A stretch of 64,000 nucleotides of DNA from Candidatus Norongarragalinales archaeon (GTDB taxonomy: Archaea > Micrarchaeota > Micrarchaeia > Norongarragalinales > Norongarragalinaceae): NCBI GenBank assembly GCA_038884755.1, contig JAWABJ010000001.1:288001-352000 (forward strand), written 5' to 3'. Below the pieces are notes generated by a model. It worked only from the letters and a program-made list of their open reading frames with translations, made no database searches and was not told where the DNA came from. Below are positions 42,251 through 51,925 of the stretch, piece after piece. The position numbers and the translations under genes are program-made. Position 1 is the first letter of the stretch; the number at the start of each line of letters is the position of its first letter.

Positions 42251-43714
42251 ATGGAATTGGACTTGCCTTTCGGGCCTTGGAAGGAGATTGCGTCGGCGGA
42301 TTGGAACGGCGTTCCCACGGGCGTATACGCGAATTCTGAAAAGCTTTTGCTCATGGTCGCTTTTTCGAAAGAGCCGCCTTCGGAAGGGAAAGGGAAAAAG
42401 CAGGGCGAGGAATCGGCTTTGCCCGAGCTTCCTTCAGGAAAGCAAGGGGTTTTGGTTTTGCTGAAAAAACCCTTGTTTTTGGAGGGGCCCGGCGGGAGCG
42501 TTGAAAAGTTTCTGCAAAACCAGACGCGAGACTTGAGCTTGGTTTCGAAAGTTTTGGACAAGAGGCATTACACTTACGTTTTGCTTGAAGCCCAGCCGTT
42601 TTTCGTGGAGTTCAGGAAGGAAGAGCTGGTGAAAGCGGTGAAAGCGCAGCGCGAGGAGGTTGAAGCGCTGGCGAAAATAACTTTCGACGTGGCCCGCAGC
42701 TACGGCTGCAGGGCGAGGGAGTTGGACAAGACTGAAGAAGGCGTGAGCGAAAACCTTTTGGGCGACCCGGTTTCGTTGTTCGCCTTCAGCGGGTTCAAGG
42801 GAAGGCAGTCTTCCTCGCAACTGCAGGAAAAGAAATCCGTTTTGGGCTTCGGGGCTGACGGACAGCAGGTGGAAATTTCCCCGGCCGAAATGCAAGTTTC
42901 CCTGGTTTCCGGACAGGGAAAGCAGCCGCGCTTGAAGGCGATGCAAGTTTGCATCGAAAACCTCTTGATTTCGGGAGTGCCTTGCCTGGTCGTGGGCGAA
43001 AGCGATTTCTTCCAGTGCCTCGCTTTCCCCAACAAGAATTCGGTAGAGCTGGAAAAAGCGGGCTTGCCGAAAGCGTCGGGCTTTCCGCTGAAAAGCTATT
43101 CGCTGGGCAAAGGGTTTTACATCGACTTGCGCTTCGTCCAGGCCAAGTCTTTTTCAAAGCTTTTCTTTCCTTCGGAACTGCAGGGTTTGGTTGAAGGCGC
43201 TTGGGGCGAAGGCACGCTTTCCGGCCTGAGGGAAAAGCTCGAGCAACAGCAGCAGAAGTACGCTTTCGCGAAGGCGATTCGCATTTTAAGCGCAGCTGAA
43301 AAAGCGTTTCCCGGCTTTTTCGCTTCTAATTCCGCGGAAGAGCTGAAAAACCCGTGGTCTGCAACCGGGAAAGTGGCGTTGTTGAACGCCGAGGCCGGCG
43401 AACTGCACGCGCTTGCAGTCGAAAGCGTTTTGAATTCCTTGGGCGAGCCGAAGGAAGGGAAAACGCTGGCTGTTGTTTTGGAGTCTGACGCGGCGAAACT
43501 GCCTGCGGAAACGATAGGGATTTTGTCTTCGGTTCAAAGCAAGCTGTTCCTGGTTTTGAATACAGAGTCGGACGCGGGAGAAACTGCGTTGGAATCCATC
43601 GCGCCCACGCTGAGGATTGAGTTGCTGGGCGCGACTTCCGCAAGCGGAGAGGTTGTCGCTTACTTTTCGGGAGAAAAAAAGAGGCTGGTTTTGAGGCCGG
43701 CTTTCTCGTCTTGA
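42251..43714 (+). CDS. HerA/FtsK-like P-loop protein with degenerate Walker motifs
   Basis: SVLG..DG..VEI...SLVSGQGKQPRLKAMQVCIENLLISGVPCLVV..DFF..L..PN pattern; late AVVLESDA strand. Confidence 0.6.
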   Translation: MELDLPFGPWKEIASADWNGVPTGVYANSEKLLLMVAFSKEPPSEGKGKKQGEESALPELPSGKQGVLVLLKKPLFLEGPGGSVEKFLQNQTRDLSLVSKVLDKRHYTYVLLEAQPFFVEFRKEELVKAVKAQREEVEALAKITFDVARSYGCRARELDKTEEGVSENLLGDPVSLFAFSGFKGRQSSSQLQEKKSVLGFGADGQQVEISPAEMQVSLVSGQGKQPRLKAMQVCIENLLISGVPCLVVGESDFFQCLAFPNKNSVELEKAGLPKASGFPLKSYSLGKGFYIDLRFVQAKSFSKLFFPSELQGLVEGAWGEGTLSGLREKLEQQQQKYAFAKAIRILSAAEKAFPGFFASNSAEELKNPWSATGKVALLNAEAGELHALAVESVLNSLGEPKEGKTLAVVLESDAAKLPAETIGILSSVQSKLFLVLNTESDAGETALESIAPTLRIELLGATSASGEVVAYFSGEKKRLVLRPAFSS

Positions 43715-43717
43715 GTT

Positions 43718-44413
43718 TCAAGCTTTGGCGGCTTGCTCGGACTGTGCTATTTCGGCGGCGTCGCCAATGCTTTCGCTCAGCACTTTCAAGAAGATTTCGC
43801 CGAAAACCTCGTCCTGCCAGGCGTCCACTTTCTGCGAGTTTACCAAGTGCAGGATTGGAATGAAGTGCTCGACCGTCTTTCCTTCGCTCAATTCGGAAAA
43901 CAAAACGAGGCTGTCGGCGTCTTTCAGCGCCTTCGCCTTTTCGAAAACGTCGGAAATCCTTTCGCCCATGGTTTTTTGCGGAAGCTGCACGTTCAGGGCG
44001 ATGGGCGCGGGGATGATGCGTTGTATCCTCCTGCCCTGCTTCATGACGCTTTCCACCGCAGTCATGAGCTCTTGAAGGGTAACGCGCCGCGCGCGGGGGC
44101 GGTTGGGCTTGAGGATGAGCTCGGGCAGTTCTTCTTGGATGAGCATTGGCGTTTCTTCTACGGCCGCGTCGTAATACTCTTCCAGAGGCTTCCATTCAAG
44201 TGCGTCAGCTTTGAACCTTAAGAGCAATGAAGATGCGAGAATGACGTTGGCGGGAATGCGCAAGTCCAGCGACTCCCAGTTTTTAATGCGTTCGAGGCAT
44301 TTGTCGGCTACTTCGCACAAGTCAATGTCCCACGGGTCCATTTTCTCGCTTTGCACTAAGTCTACTAGGAACTCTCGCCACGTGGGTTGCACTACTACTT
44401 CCAACAAATCCAT
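43718..44413 (-). CDS. scpA: Segregation and condensation protein A (kleisin)
   Basis: MDPWDIDL, LLRFKAD, RRVTLQELM, FIPILHL, QDEVFGEI. Confidence 0.92.
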   Translation of the reverse strand: MDLLEVVVQPTWREFLVDLVQSEKMDPWDIDLCEVADKCLERIKNWESLDLRIPANVILASSLLLRFKADALEWKPLEEYYDAAVEETPMLIQEELPELILKPNRPRARRVTLQELMTAVESVMKQGRRIQRIIPAPIALNVQLPQKTMGERISDVFEKAKALKDADSLVLFSELSEGKTVEHFIPILHLVNSQKVDAWQDEVFGEIFLKVLSESIGDAAEIAQSEQAAKA

Positions 44414-44479
44414 TTTTCTTTCACTCTAGTGGGTAATTGAAAAGAACGGCCGGCCCGAATAAAAAGGTTTCTGCCAGTT

Positions 44480-45832
44480 TTACCTTGCAACCAGCCGCTT
44501 GAGGCCTAGGGGGACTATTACGGTGGTGAGGAAAGCCATTGCCGAGATTACGGAGTATTCTGCAGCGTTCAAGAGTGGCTGTCCTTCGGACCCCAAAGCA
44601 GTTAATCCGAACAAGGCTATGATCAAGGCTATTTCACCTCTCGGAACCATTCCTACGCCTACTGCAATCGCCTCTTTCTTGGAAGCGCCGAAAACCCCAG
44701 CTCCCAAACCGCAGCCAACGATTTTTGTCAGTATGGCTATGGCGGTTATCGCGATGATGGGAATTGCGTTTTCGCCTACTGTCCTGATGTCCACGAACAT
44801 TCCCAATGAAATGAAGAACAGCGGAGTGAAGAACGCCTCGAGTGGAAAGAAGGCTTCGAAAATTTTCTCTACGATTTTGGAATAGTTGAGCGTGACGCCG
44901 GCAATGAACGCGCCGACTATGGCGCTCAAGCCGATATATTCGGCTGAATAGGCGTAAAAAAGCATGAACGCGAGTATGGAAAGGAGCGTGCGTTGGGACA
45001 GCCGTTCTTCCCTGATTTTGTCGAAGTGCTTTCGCACTATCCACCTTCCGATCAAGATGCCTCCTGCAACGAAAACGAACGCTATGAACGCTATGCTCAA
45101 GAACGGGCTAAGGGCTTGGACCGTGAAGCCCGCGGGAACGTGCTGGACCAGCGAAAGAACGAGTAAAGCCAGAATGTCGTCTATCACTGCAGCGCCTAGA
45201 ATCGTTTTCGCGAATTCTTTTTCCAAAACCTTGAGTTCTTGAAGCACTGCGACGGTAACCCCCACGCTCGTCGCCGTAAGCGCCGCTCCTAGAAAAACGG
45301 CGTAGAAAAAGCTTCCGCCGGTCAAAACCGCGTAGTAATACCCGCCGACGAAAGGCACTAGCACGCCCAAGATTGCAACAATGAAATTGCGGGTGTTGAA
45401 AATGCTCTTGATTTCCGAGTGCAGACCGATTTTAAACAACAGGATTATCGAGCCTAGCTGGGCGAAAATGCGCACCACGCCTTCGGCTGAAACCAAGTGC
45501 GGCAATTGCGAGGGGAATACAGGGAATATTGAATTCAGAAAGCCGACTAACAGGGGCCAAGCGAGGGAGACTGAAGATGGGGATACTGCCACGCCCAAAA
45601 GCAGGAGGGTCATCACGAACGGCTGGCGCAAGTGAACCACGAGCAGTTCGGCGAGCACCGCGGCGAAAAGCAGGAAAGTGATTTCAAACCAGATTCTTTT
45701 TTCTTCGGCAACGTCGCCGAACAGGCTGGCGCGCACTACGGAAAAGTAGAGCAATACCGCCAATACCACTATGATTCCCACGGCGATGGGACCTGCGCTT
45801 TTCCTAGCCTGCCTTACGCTTTCTCTTATCAT
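44480..45832 (-). CDS. CPA2 cation:proton antiporter
   Basis: About 13 TMs; ATSVGVT, GAAVIDD, GAFIAG, FFISLG, TKIVG, MVPRGE. Confidence 0.93.
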   Translation of the reverse strand: MIRESVRQARKSAGPIAVGIIVVLAVLLYFSVVRASLFGDVAEEKRIWFEITFLLFAAVLAELLVVHLRQPFVMTLLLLGVAVSPSSVSLAWPLLVGFLNSIFPVFPSQLPHLVSAEGVVRIFAQLGSIILLFKIGLHSEIKSIFNTRNFIVAILGVLVPFVGGYYYAVLTGGSFFYAVFLGAALTATSVGVTVAVLQELKVLEKEFAKTILGAAVIDDILALLVLSLVQHVPAGFTVQALSPFLSIAFIAFVFVAGGILIGRWIVRKHFDKIREERLSQRTLLSILAFMLFYAYSAEYIGLSAIVGAFIAGVTLNYSKIVEKIFEAFFPLEAFFTPLFFISLGMFVDIRTVGENAIPIIAITAIAILTKIVGCGLGAGVFGASKKEAIAVGVGMVPRGEIALIIALFGLTALGSEGQPLLNAAEYSVISAMAFLTTVIVPLGLKRLVAR

Positions 45833-46046
45833 TGTACATTATTTTCCTGTCTTTTGTTAGAAAAGCTTTTGCCCCCAAGCCCAGGAAAAAGCCTGGGATG
45901 GCAAAGATTCCGAACAGCACGAACAGAGTTATTGCAAGTGCAACCAGCAAAAGCATGCTTCTCGGCTTGCTCCACACGAAGAGCAATGCTATCGCGAATC
46001 CCGCGGCTAGGGAAAAAATGTTGAACCAAAACAACGGGATTTCCAT
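45804..46046 (-). CDS. Small membrane protein
   Basis: 80 aa, hydrophobic with basic tail, overlaps the antiporter start. Confidence 0.5.
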   Translation of the reverse strand: MEIPLFWFNIFSLAAGFAIALLFVWSKPRSMLLLVALAITLFVLFGIFAIPGFFLGLGAKAFLTKDRKIMYNDKRKRKAG

Positions 46047-46107
46047 TCAAAAATAAAGAAAAAAGAAGAAGAAAAAGGGCGTTGAAGCCCTTTTTCAAAA
46101 TGTTTTT

Positions 46108-46461
46108 TTAATCTTTGGAAATGTCGTACACGGCCTTCAAGGCGACTATTGCCACAGCGGGAGCAACGAAGATGGCGATGTTGTTGAACACCGGAGCCAT
46201 CCACGAGCCGATACTGCCAGGCAAAGCCCTGCCGAGCGCGCCCAAACTGGTTGCGCTCAAGAGGAAGCCGATTCCAGCAATCAAAAAGTGCTGTACTTCC
46301 TTGTCGCTTATGTTGAGCAGTCCGACGAGCAAACCGAGTACGCCAAGAACCATGGCCACGGTAGCGTCAGTAGCTCCGAATAAGCCCGCCAAAATGGCGA
46401 TTACCAAACCGCCTAAGTACGCCCAAGCGCCTATTGCGGGCATGCTGTCTCCCTTTGCCAT
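46108..46461 (-). CDS. Small 4-TM membrane protein
   Basis: GAWAYLGG...LGLLVGLLNISDKE...FVAPA; GGTGA SD. Confidence 0.85.
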   Translation of the reverse strand: MAKGDSMPAIGAWAYLGGLVIAILAGLFGATDATVAMVLGVLGLLVGLLNISDKEVQHFLIAGIGFLLSATSLGALGRALPGSIGSWMAPVFNNIAIFVAPAVAIVALKAVYDISKD

Positions 46462-46636
46462 TTACCTTTCACCTCTATGCAAACCCCCAAGGTGGTAATT
46501 GACTAACCTACGCCAGTGGTGGGTTAAACTTGAATAACTCAACTACCCGCCCGCCCTATAAAAAGATTGTTTCTTTCGTCAAACGCCGAAAAGGCTGTAG
46601 TGTTTGGGGGTTTGGCGAAACCCTACGCGGTTTCGC

Positions 46637-47116
46637 TCATTCTTCGACGATTAGCGTTCCTTTCATGTCCCTGTGCCCGTCGCCGCAAAACACGCTGCAC
46701 GAGAAAGTGAACGTTCCGGCCTTGTCTGCAACAAATTCAACTGTAACTTCCTGTCCAGGCTGGAGGTTGGCGTCCACCCCGAAGTCAGGCAGTTTAAAGC
46801 CGTGTTCTACGTCCACGCTCTTGATTTTCAGCTTGATTTTGTCGCCTTTTTCGACTGTTATGGTGGAAGGCTGGAACTCCCACTTTTTGGCAGTCATTTC
46901 GAACTCTTTCTCTGCCTGCAAAGTTGCAGTCGCCGTAGGCGTAGCCGTGGACGTTGCCGTCGGTTGTTCGGTGGGAGTTGCCGTGGTTGAAACGACTGCA
47001 ATCTGGGTGTTTTGGATTGAAGGGGTTGGAGAAGAGTTTTGTACGCATCCCGCCAGCGCAACGGCGAAAACAGCCAATACCAATAAAACTTTGTTGAAAC
47101 CTTCCACTTTTCCCAC
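46637..47116 (-). CDS. Cupredoxin-domain lipoprotein with CuA-type motif
   Basis: LAGC lipobox, Thr-rich linker, DVEHGF, CSVFCGDGHRDM (C-x3-C-x3-H-x2-M). Confidence 0.9.
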   Translation of the reverse strand: MGKVEGFNKVLLVLAVFAVALAGCVQNSSPTPSIQNTQIAVVSTTATPTEQPTATSTATPTATATLQAEKEFEMTAKKWEFQPSTITVEKGDKIKLKIKSVDVEHGFKLPDFGVDANLQPGQEVTVEFVADKAGTFTFSCSVFCGDGHRDMKGTLIVEE

Positions 47117-47184
47117 CTCAAGCTAGCAAAAGGGTTTAAGCACTCAAGAGGCGAATAAAAGCTTTTTCTTTAAATTTTTTTTTT

Positions 47185-49269
47185 TCAAGCGTACTGCTCT
47201 TCCCGGCGCTTGAACGCGAAAAAGATTATTCCCAAAATCGCGAGCAAAGCGACTCCAACCCAAACCCAGGGCACTTCGCTTTTCTTCCTCTGCGCTTGAA
47301 CGTTCAAAGGCTCGCTGGAAGTTCCGTCTTCCGCCTGCAGCCAAAGGGGAATGTTTTCCGAAGGCGGGTCGTCTATGCGCACGGTTATCTCTGCAGTTTG
47401 GCCGGGTTGCAAGTAGAGGTTGTCGGGCTGCATTGCCAAAGCGTAGCCAGTCGGCAGCATCGCTTTCACTCCGGACAGCGGCTTTTCGCCCGTGTTCCTC
47501 ACGATTATGTTGACGTAGAGAATTCTTTTTCCCGCCATTTCTTCAGTCATTTGCGTTTGCTTGATTTCAAACTCGATGCGCGGCGTGGGCTTTTCTATAT
47601 ACAAAACAATTTCCTTTTCCACGCTCGTGCCTTCTTCAGTTTCTACTTTCACCGTAACGTCTTTGGCGTCGGGTTTTTCTGACGCAGGAATGATGAAGAA
47701 AACGGGAATGCCTTGCAGCGCGTTGGCGCCCAAAGGCGCGGGTTGCGTCGAATACCACGCGTCGGGTATTCCTTCGAACGAAACCCTTGCGTTGCCCAAG
47801 TGCTTGTCTAGATTGTTTTTGACCGTGATGAACAGTTTGGTTTCGATTCCCGAGAAAGCGCGCACCGACTCTTGCCTTACCGCCAAGTCGCCTTCGTCAG
47901 GCGGCATTTCACTCTCGGCGAGAATCGAAAGATTGAAAGAAAAAGCTTTCGCGAGCTTGGACGTGCGGATTACGACCGGGAGTTTTATTTTGCCGGTCTT
48001 CATGCTTCGCGAGGGCGTCGCTACGAGGTTGACTTGCTTTTTCTCGCCCGCGGCGAGCGAGAACGACGAGGGTTCGGGCTTTACCAAAAGCTCTTTGGGC
48101 GGGCTGACTTCTACCGCAAAATTCTGGGATACAGAACCGTTGTTATAAATCTCGAAGGGAAGCAGCACTCCCACTTTGCCCTTTCTGACTGAATAGCTTT
48201 TCTCTGCTTTCACGACGAAATCGGTTTTCGCGAAAACTTCAAAGCAGTAGTCGCGAATGAAAACTGGAATGGAATTGTAGGATAGGGTGAATTGGTAGCC
48301 GTAAACGTCGAGTATGGTCGAGGGTTTGGGCTTGATTGAAACCAGGATTTCCTGTGAATCGCCTTGCTTGACTTCCAAAAGCGAGGGGGAAACGCTCAAG
48401 ACTCCCGAAGCCTGTTCTCCGGCGTTCAGTTCGATATCGAACGGCCCTTCTATTTCGCCGTCGTTCCTCACCCTAAGCCGTATTTTCGCTTCCTCGCCGT
48501 GCTGCGCTACGGTGCAGCTTAACGGCTCGTTTTGCAGTACGAGCTGGAGTTTTTCGGAGTAAACGAAAATTTGCGTGGGAAAAACGAAAAAGAATTCTGC
48601 AGCGTCTTTGGTCGTCACCCGCGCGTTGAACGCCATTTGGTGGCGGTTTGTAGGGGTTCCCGGCGGAATCAAGACTTTGATTGAAACGGTTTTCGCCTGT
48701 CCCGCTTCCACTTCAATGTCGCTCGCGGAAAAGCGCGTCGCATCCTTGAAAAACCCTTCGCTCGAAAACCGCACGTAAATCTTGGCGTTTTGGTTGTTCG
48801 TCACGCGTATCGAGTAAGAAATTTCGTCGCCCGGCCTGCCCGACTGGTTTGCGGTGGGAATGAAGACGAATTCGAACGGGTCGCGAGGCTGTTCTTCCGC
48901 AGGCAGCACGGTCAACAAAAGCTGCCTCGAGTCACAGTTTTGGTTTGTGCCCGCGCTTATCGAAAGCGGTATTTGAAACACTCCTGCAGTGAAGCTTTTT
49001 GCGTGAAGCTGGAACGTGGCTTGCTGGGTGGGCGCGAGAGTGGTGTAAGGCGCTTGGGCGAAAGAACATTCAACCGGAGAATCGCAATTCGCGGAGAGGG
49101 AGACCAACTGCGAGTTTATTCCCACGTTGGTGAGCGTTATGGGGTATATTGCCTGCACGCCTTCCCGCACTTGAGCGGTTTCGACGGCCGAAACCTCCAA
49201 ATACGGGCATTGTGCGAACGCCAAAGGCGTGAAAAAGAAAAGCGCTAGTGCCAATAGCCTTGAGTGCAT
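47185..49269 (-). CDS. Multi-Ig-domain (CARDB/NEW3-like) surface protein with C-terminal TM
   Basis: Signal peptide; about 6 repeats of h-x-h-x-N-x-G...L-x-(P/A)-G-x; TM plus KRR tail. Confidence 0.85.
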   Translation of the reverse strand: MHSRLLALALFFFTPLAFAQCPYLEVSAVETAQVREGVQAIYPITLTNVGINSQLVSLSANCDSPVECSFAQAPYTTLAPTQQATFQLHAKSFTAGVFQIPLSISAGTNQNCDSRQLLLTVLPAEEQPRDPFEFVFIPTANQSGRPGDEISYSIRVTNNQNAKIYVRFSSEGFFKDATRFSASDIEVEAGQAKTVSIKVLIPPGTPTNRHQMAFNARVTTKDAAEFFFVFPTQIFVYSEKLQLVLQNEPLSCTVAQHGEEAKIRLRVRNDGEIEGPFDIELNAGEQASGVLSVSPSLLEVKQGDSQEILVSIKPKPSTILDVYGYQFTLSYNSIPVFIRDYCFEVFAKTDFVVKAEKSYSVRKGKVGVLLPFEIYNNGSVSQNFAVEVSPPKELLVKPEPSSFSLAAGEKKQVNLVATPSRSMKTGKIKLPVVIRTSKLAKAFSFNLSILAESEMPPDEGDLAVRQESVRAFSGIETKLFITVKNNLDKHLGNARVSFEGIPDAWYSTQPAPLGANALQGIPVFFIIPASEKPDAKDVTVKVETEEGTSVEKEIVLYIEKPTPRIEFEIKQTQMTEEMAGKRILYVNIIVRNTGEKPLSGVKAMLPTGYALAMQPDNLYLQPGQTAEITVRIDDPPSENIPLWLQAEDGTSSEPLNVQAQRKKSEVPWVWVGVALLAILGIIFFAFKRREEQYA

Positions 49270-49693
49270 GAAATTATTCTGCCTAACCTTGCTTAAAAAA
49301 GCTTTTTTGCGGGGCTTTCAGCCAGCGCGTGCCTAGCAGCTTTTTCTCTCAGTTTGGAATAGCCGAAACGGTATTTGAAATTGTGAAAACCGTTTTTCGC
49401 CCTTTCGACTTCGAACCCGCCGAACAGGTAATCGCGGTTTGTTCCCCCCCCCGAGAGTTTTCGAGTAGTAGTCTCTGCTTGACTGTTCGAACCCACTTTG
49501 GGCCAGCCCACTCTTTTTCTTCTGAAGCAAGCTTCCTTTCTCTCAACCTTCCGCCTAAGACTATTTCCTTTGTCCTTCTTCCGGTTTTTTTTTTCGTCGG
49601 CTTCTTCGCTCACGCGCATTTCCAAACCCCTGCGGCTCGAGCCTTTTCAGGCTTTCAACCCGCTCGAACGCCGGGTTGAACCGCCAATCCAAT

Positions 49694-50479
49694 TCAACCG
49701 CCATTTTCCCGCTCTGCAATCTTCTTCAAATAATCGGGGTCTCGCTTGAGCTCTTGACCCGCGTGGTTTACGAACGCCATCGCCTGCAAAAGCGGCTTGC
49801 TGGCGAGCATTTCCCTCAGCTTCTGCGGTTCCACCCTGCGCTTTCCAGTTTCAAGGAAAACAGACGGCCCGTCCGGGAAAAACTCGTGCCCTCCTGACGA
49901 AGTGAACATTTCGGCATCGCCCCTCAAAACCATTTGCTCATACTTCGAAACAATGTCGTCTATTTCAAACTCATTCCCGAATTTTTTCCTTGCAAGCACG
50001 AACAGAAGCTGCTTAAGCTCTTCAGGAGTCATGCCGTTCTTGTTGATTGCGGTGTGCGCAACCATCACGCCCAGAAAATTGTCCTCCGCGTTGAGGGAAA
50101 AAGCCTCGCGGTATTCCCCGTACGCTTCTTCCAGTTTCCCCCTGATTTTATCTTCAAACAAATGGTTTCCAGTTTCCTTGGCGTGCAGGTAGTCGGCAAT
50201 CAGCGCGGCCGCGACTTCCAGTCCGTTGTGCACTTGGCCGCTCAACTGGCTTCTCGCGTATTGAAACCCGGTCATGTAAGCGAACTGCCTGACTTTCATT
50301 TCGTCTGAATCGGGGGGCAAGTGCACCAAAAGCGTTTTCGTTCCCTGGAAGAGCTCGAGCTTGCCGTTTTTTTCCCGTTGGGTTGAAGAATATTCCAACA
50401 CCGGGGGCGTGAACTGGAGTATTTCCCTGCAGTTTTGGAAATGGCGTTCGAAAATCTCGTGCGCCGGAAGTTTGGGCAT
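49694..50479 (-). CDS. Hypothetical protein
   Basis: 261-aa ORF with genome-typical codon usage; no motif recognised. Confidence 0.75.
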   Translation of the reverse strand: MPKLPAHEIFERHFQNCREILQFTPPVLEYSSTQREKNGKLELFQGTKTLLVHLPPDSDEMKVRQFAYMTGFQYARSQLSGQVHNGLEVAAALIADYLHAKETGNHLFEDKIRGKLEEAYGEYREAFSLNAEDNFLGVMVAHTAINKNGMTPEELKQLLFVLARKKFGNEFEIDDIVSKYEQMVLRGDAEMFTSSGGHEFFPDGPSVFLETGKRRVEPQKLREMLASKPLLQAMAFVNHAGQELKRDPDYLKKIAERENGG

Positions 50480-50530
50480 GATAGTTGAATTGTTTTTGCA
50501 GGCTTAAAACTCTTTTTCCCTGTGGCCACG

Positions 50531-51814
50531 TCAGTATATCGGAAAGCGCTTGCACAGCTCGATTATTTCTTTCTTTACTTTCCGCCTTTCGCCAGTGTCT
50601 TCCTTCCTGTCGATGGTGCGCTGTATGAACTGCGCTACCAATTCCATTTCGCCTTCCTTCATTCCCCTGCTGGTCAAAGCGGGCGTTCCCATGCGCAATC
50701 CCGACGGGTCGTAAGGCTTGCGCGTGTCGAACGGAATCGCGTTCTTGTTGCACGTTATTCCCGCCTCGTGGAGCAAGTCTTCAGCCTGCTTTCCTGCAAT
50801 CCCCTTGTTCGTCAAGTCTATGAGCACAAGGTGGTTGTCAGTGCCGCCAGTAACGAGCGTAAAGCCGTAGTCCATCAGGCATTTTGCGAGCACGGCGCAG
50901 TTTTTCTTGATTTGCATTCCGTACTCTTTGAATTCTGGCTTTAGAGCTTCGCCGAGGGCGACTGCAATCGCCGCAGTCTGGTGGTTGTGCGGGCCTCCCT
51001 GCAATCCCGGAAACACCGCCCTGTCTATCATGGTGGGCAAGTATTTGCGCGAGCGTTCCGGCGGCGCTTTAAGCGGTTCTGAAGGCTCGCCGTCGCACGC
51101 TATCAACGCGCCGCGCGGCCCGCGAAGGGTCTTGTGCGTGGTGGTCATCACCACATCGGCTATTCCGAAGGGAGACTGGTGCGCGCCCGCGATTATCAAG
51201 CCCGTAATATGCGAAACGTCTGCAACGAGATACGCGCCGACGCTGTCCGCAATTTTCTTGAACTTCTGGAAGTCGAACTCTCGCGCGTAAGCCGTCGCGC
51301 CGCAAAAAATAAGCTTGGGCTTTTCTTTTTCAGCGATTTCGGCAATCGCATCGTAGTCAAGCCAACCGTCTTCCTTGGTCTTGTAAGGAACTGGCGTATA
51401 GTATTTTCCCGAGAAGTTCACGCTCCACCCGTGCGTCAAGTGCCCGCCGTAAAGCAAGTGCATTCCCATGAGCTTTTCGCCAGGCTCCAGCAGCGCAAAG
51501 CATATGGCCTGGTTTGCCGGACTGCCCGAGTACGGCTGCACGTTCAAGTGGGAAACGCCGAAAAGCTTTTTGCCGCGCTCTCGCGCTAAATCCTCGACTA
51601 CGTCGATGAACTCGTTTCCGCCGTAATACCTTTTCCCGGGATAGCCTTCGGAGTACTTGTTGGTGAGCACGGAACCGAGTGCGTCGAGAACGGCTTTGCT
51701 GACGTAGTTTTCGGAGGGAATCATTTCTAAGCCGTCTTGCTGGCGTTTGAGTTCGTTTTGAATTGCTGCATAGACTTCCGAGTCGGTCTTGTTCAAGCCG
51801 GTTTTGAAATCCAT
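50531..51814 (-). CDS. glyA: Serine hydroxymethyltransferase (bacterial-like)
   Basis: MIPSEN, YSEGYPGKRYYGG, QPYSGSPAN, GGHLTHG, TTTHKTLRGPRG, FPGLQGGP. Confidence 0.98.
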   Translation of the reverse strand: MDFKTGLNKTDSEVYAAIQNELKRQQDGLEMIPSENYVSKAVLDALGSVLTNKYSEGYPGKRYYGGNEFIDVVEDLARERGKKLFGVSHLNVQPYSGSPANQAICFALLEPGEKLMGMHLLYGGHLTHGWSVNFSGKYYTPVPYKTKEDGWLDYDAIAEIAEKEKPKLIFCGATAYAREFDFQKFKKIADSVGAYLVADVSHITGLIIAGAHQSPFGIADVVMTTTHKTLRGPRGALIACDGEPSEPLKAPPERSRKYLPTMIDRAVFPGLQGGPHNHQTAAIAVALGEALKPEFKEYGMQIKKNCAVLAKCLMDYGFTLVTGGTDNHLVLIDLTNKGIAGKQAEDLLHEAGITCNKNAIPFDTRKPYDPSGLRMGTPALTSRGMKEGEMELVAQFIQRTIDRKEDTGERRKVKKEIIELCKRFPIY

Positions 51815-51925
51815 AGCCGTTCCACCCCATCTCTTCGCTTTTTTTCCCACAAGAAGGAAAGCATTAGCAGGGAAAGAATTTTTAATTCTCCCTTTGAACT
51901 GTTAGTCTAGATCGGCTCAGGCCGT

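Noticed and set aside
43718..44413. scpA without adjacent smc/scpB as a novel condensin or Wadjet-like system
   Set aside because: Dispersed smc/scpA genes are common in archaea and the partners may lie outside this window.
46495..46565. TTGACTAACCTACG and TCAACTACCCGCCC, reminiscent of an IS605 left end or HEARO/omega RNA
   Set aside because: The second palindrome arm is missing, there is no iscB/tnpB, and the region doubles as the promoter of the 46461 gene.
49460..49570. Group I intron R/S-like words (CAGAGACTA, AAATAGTC), in permuted order
   Set aside because: They are simply the two arms of one helix; no P/Q elements or host gene could be identified.
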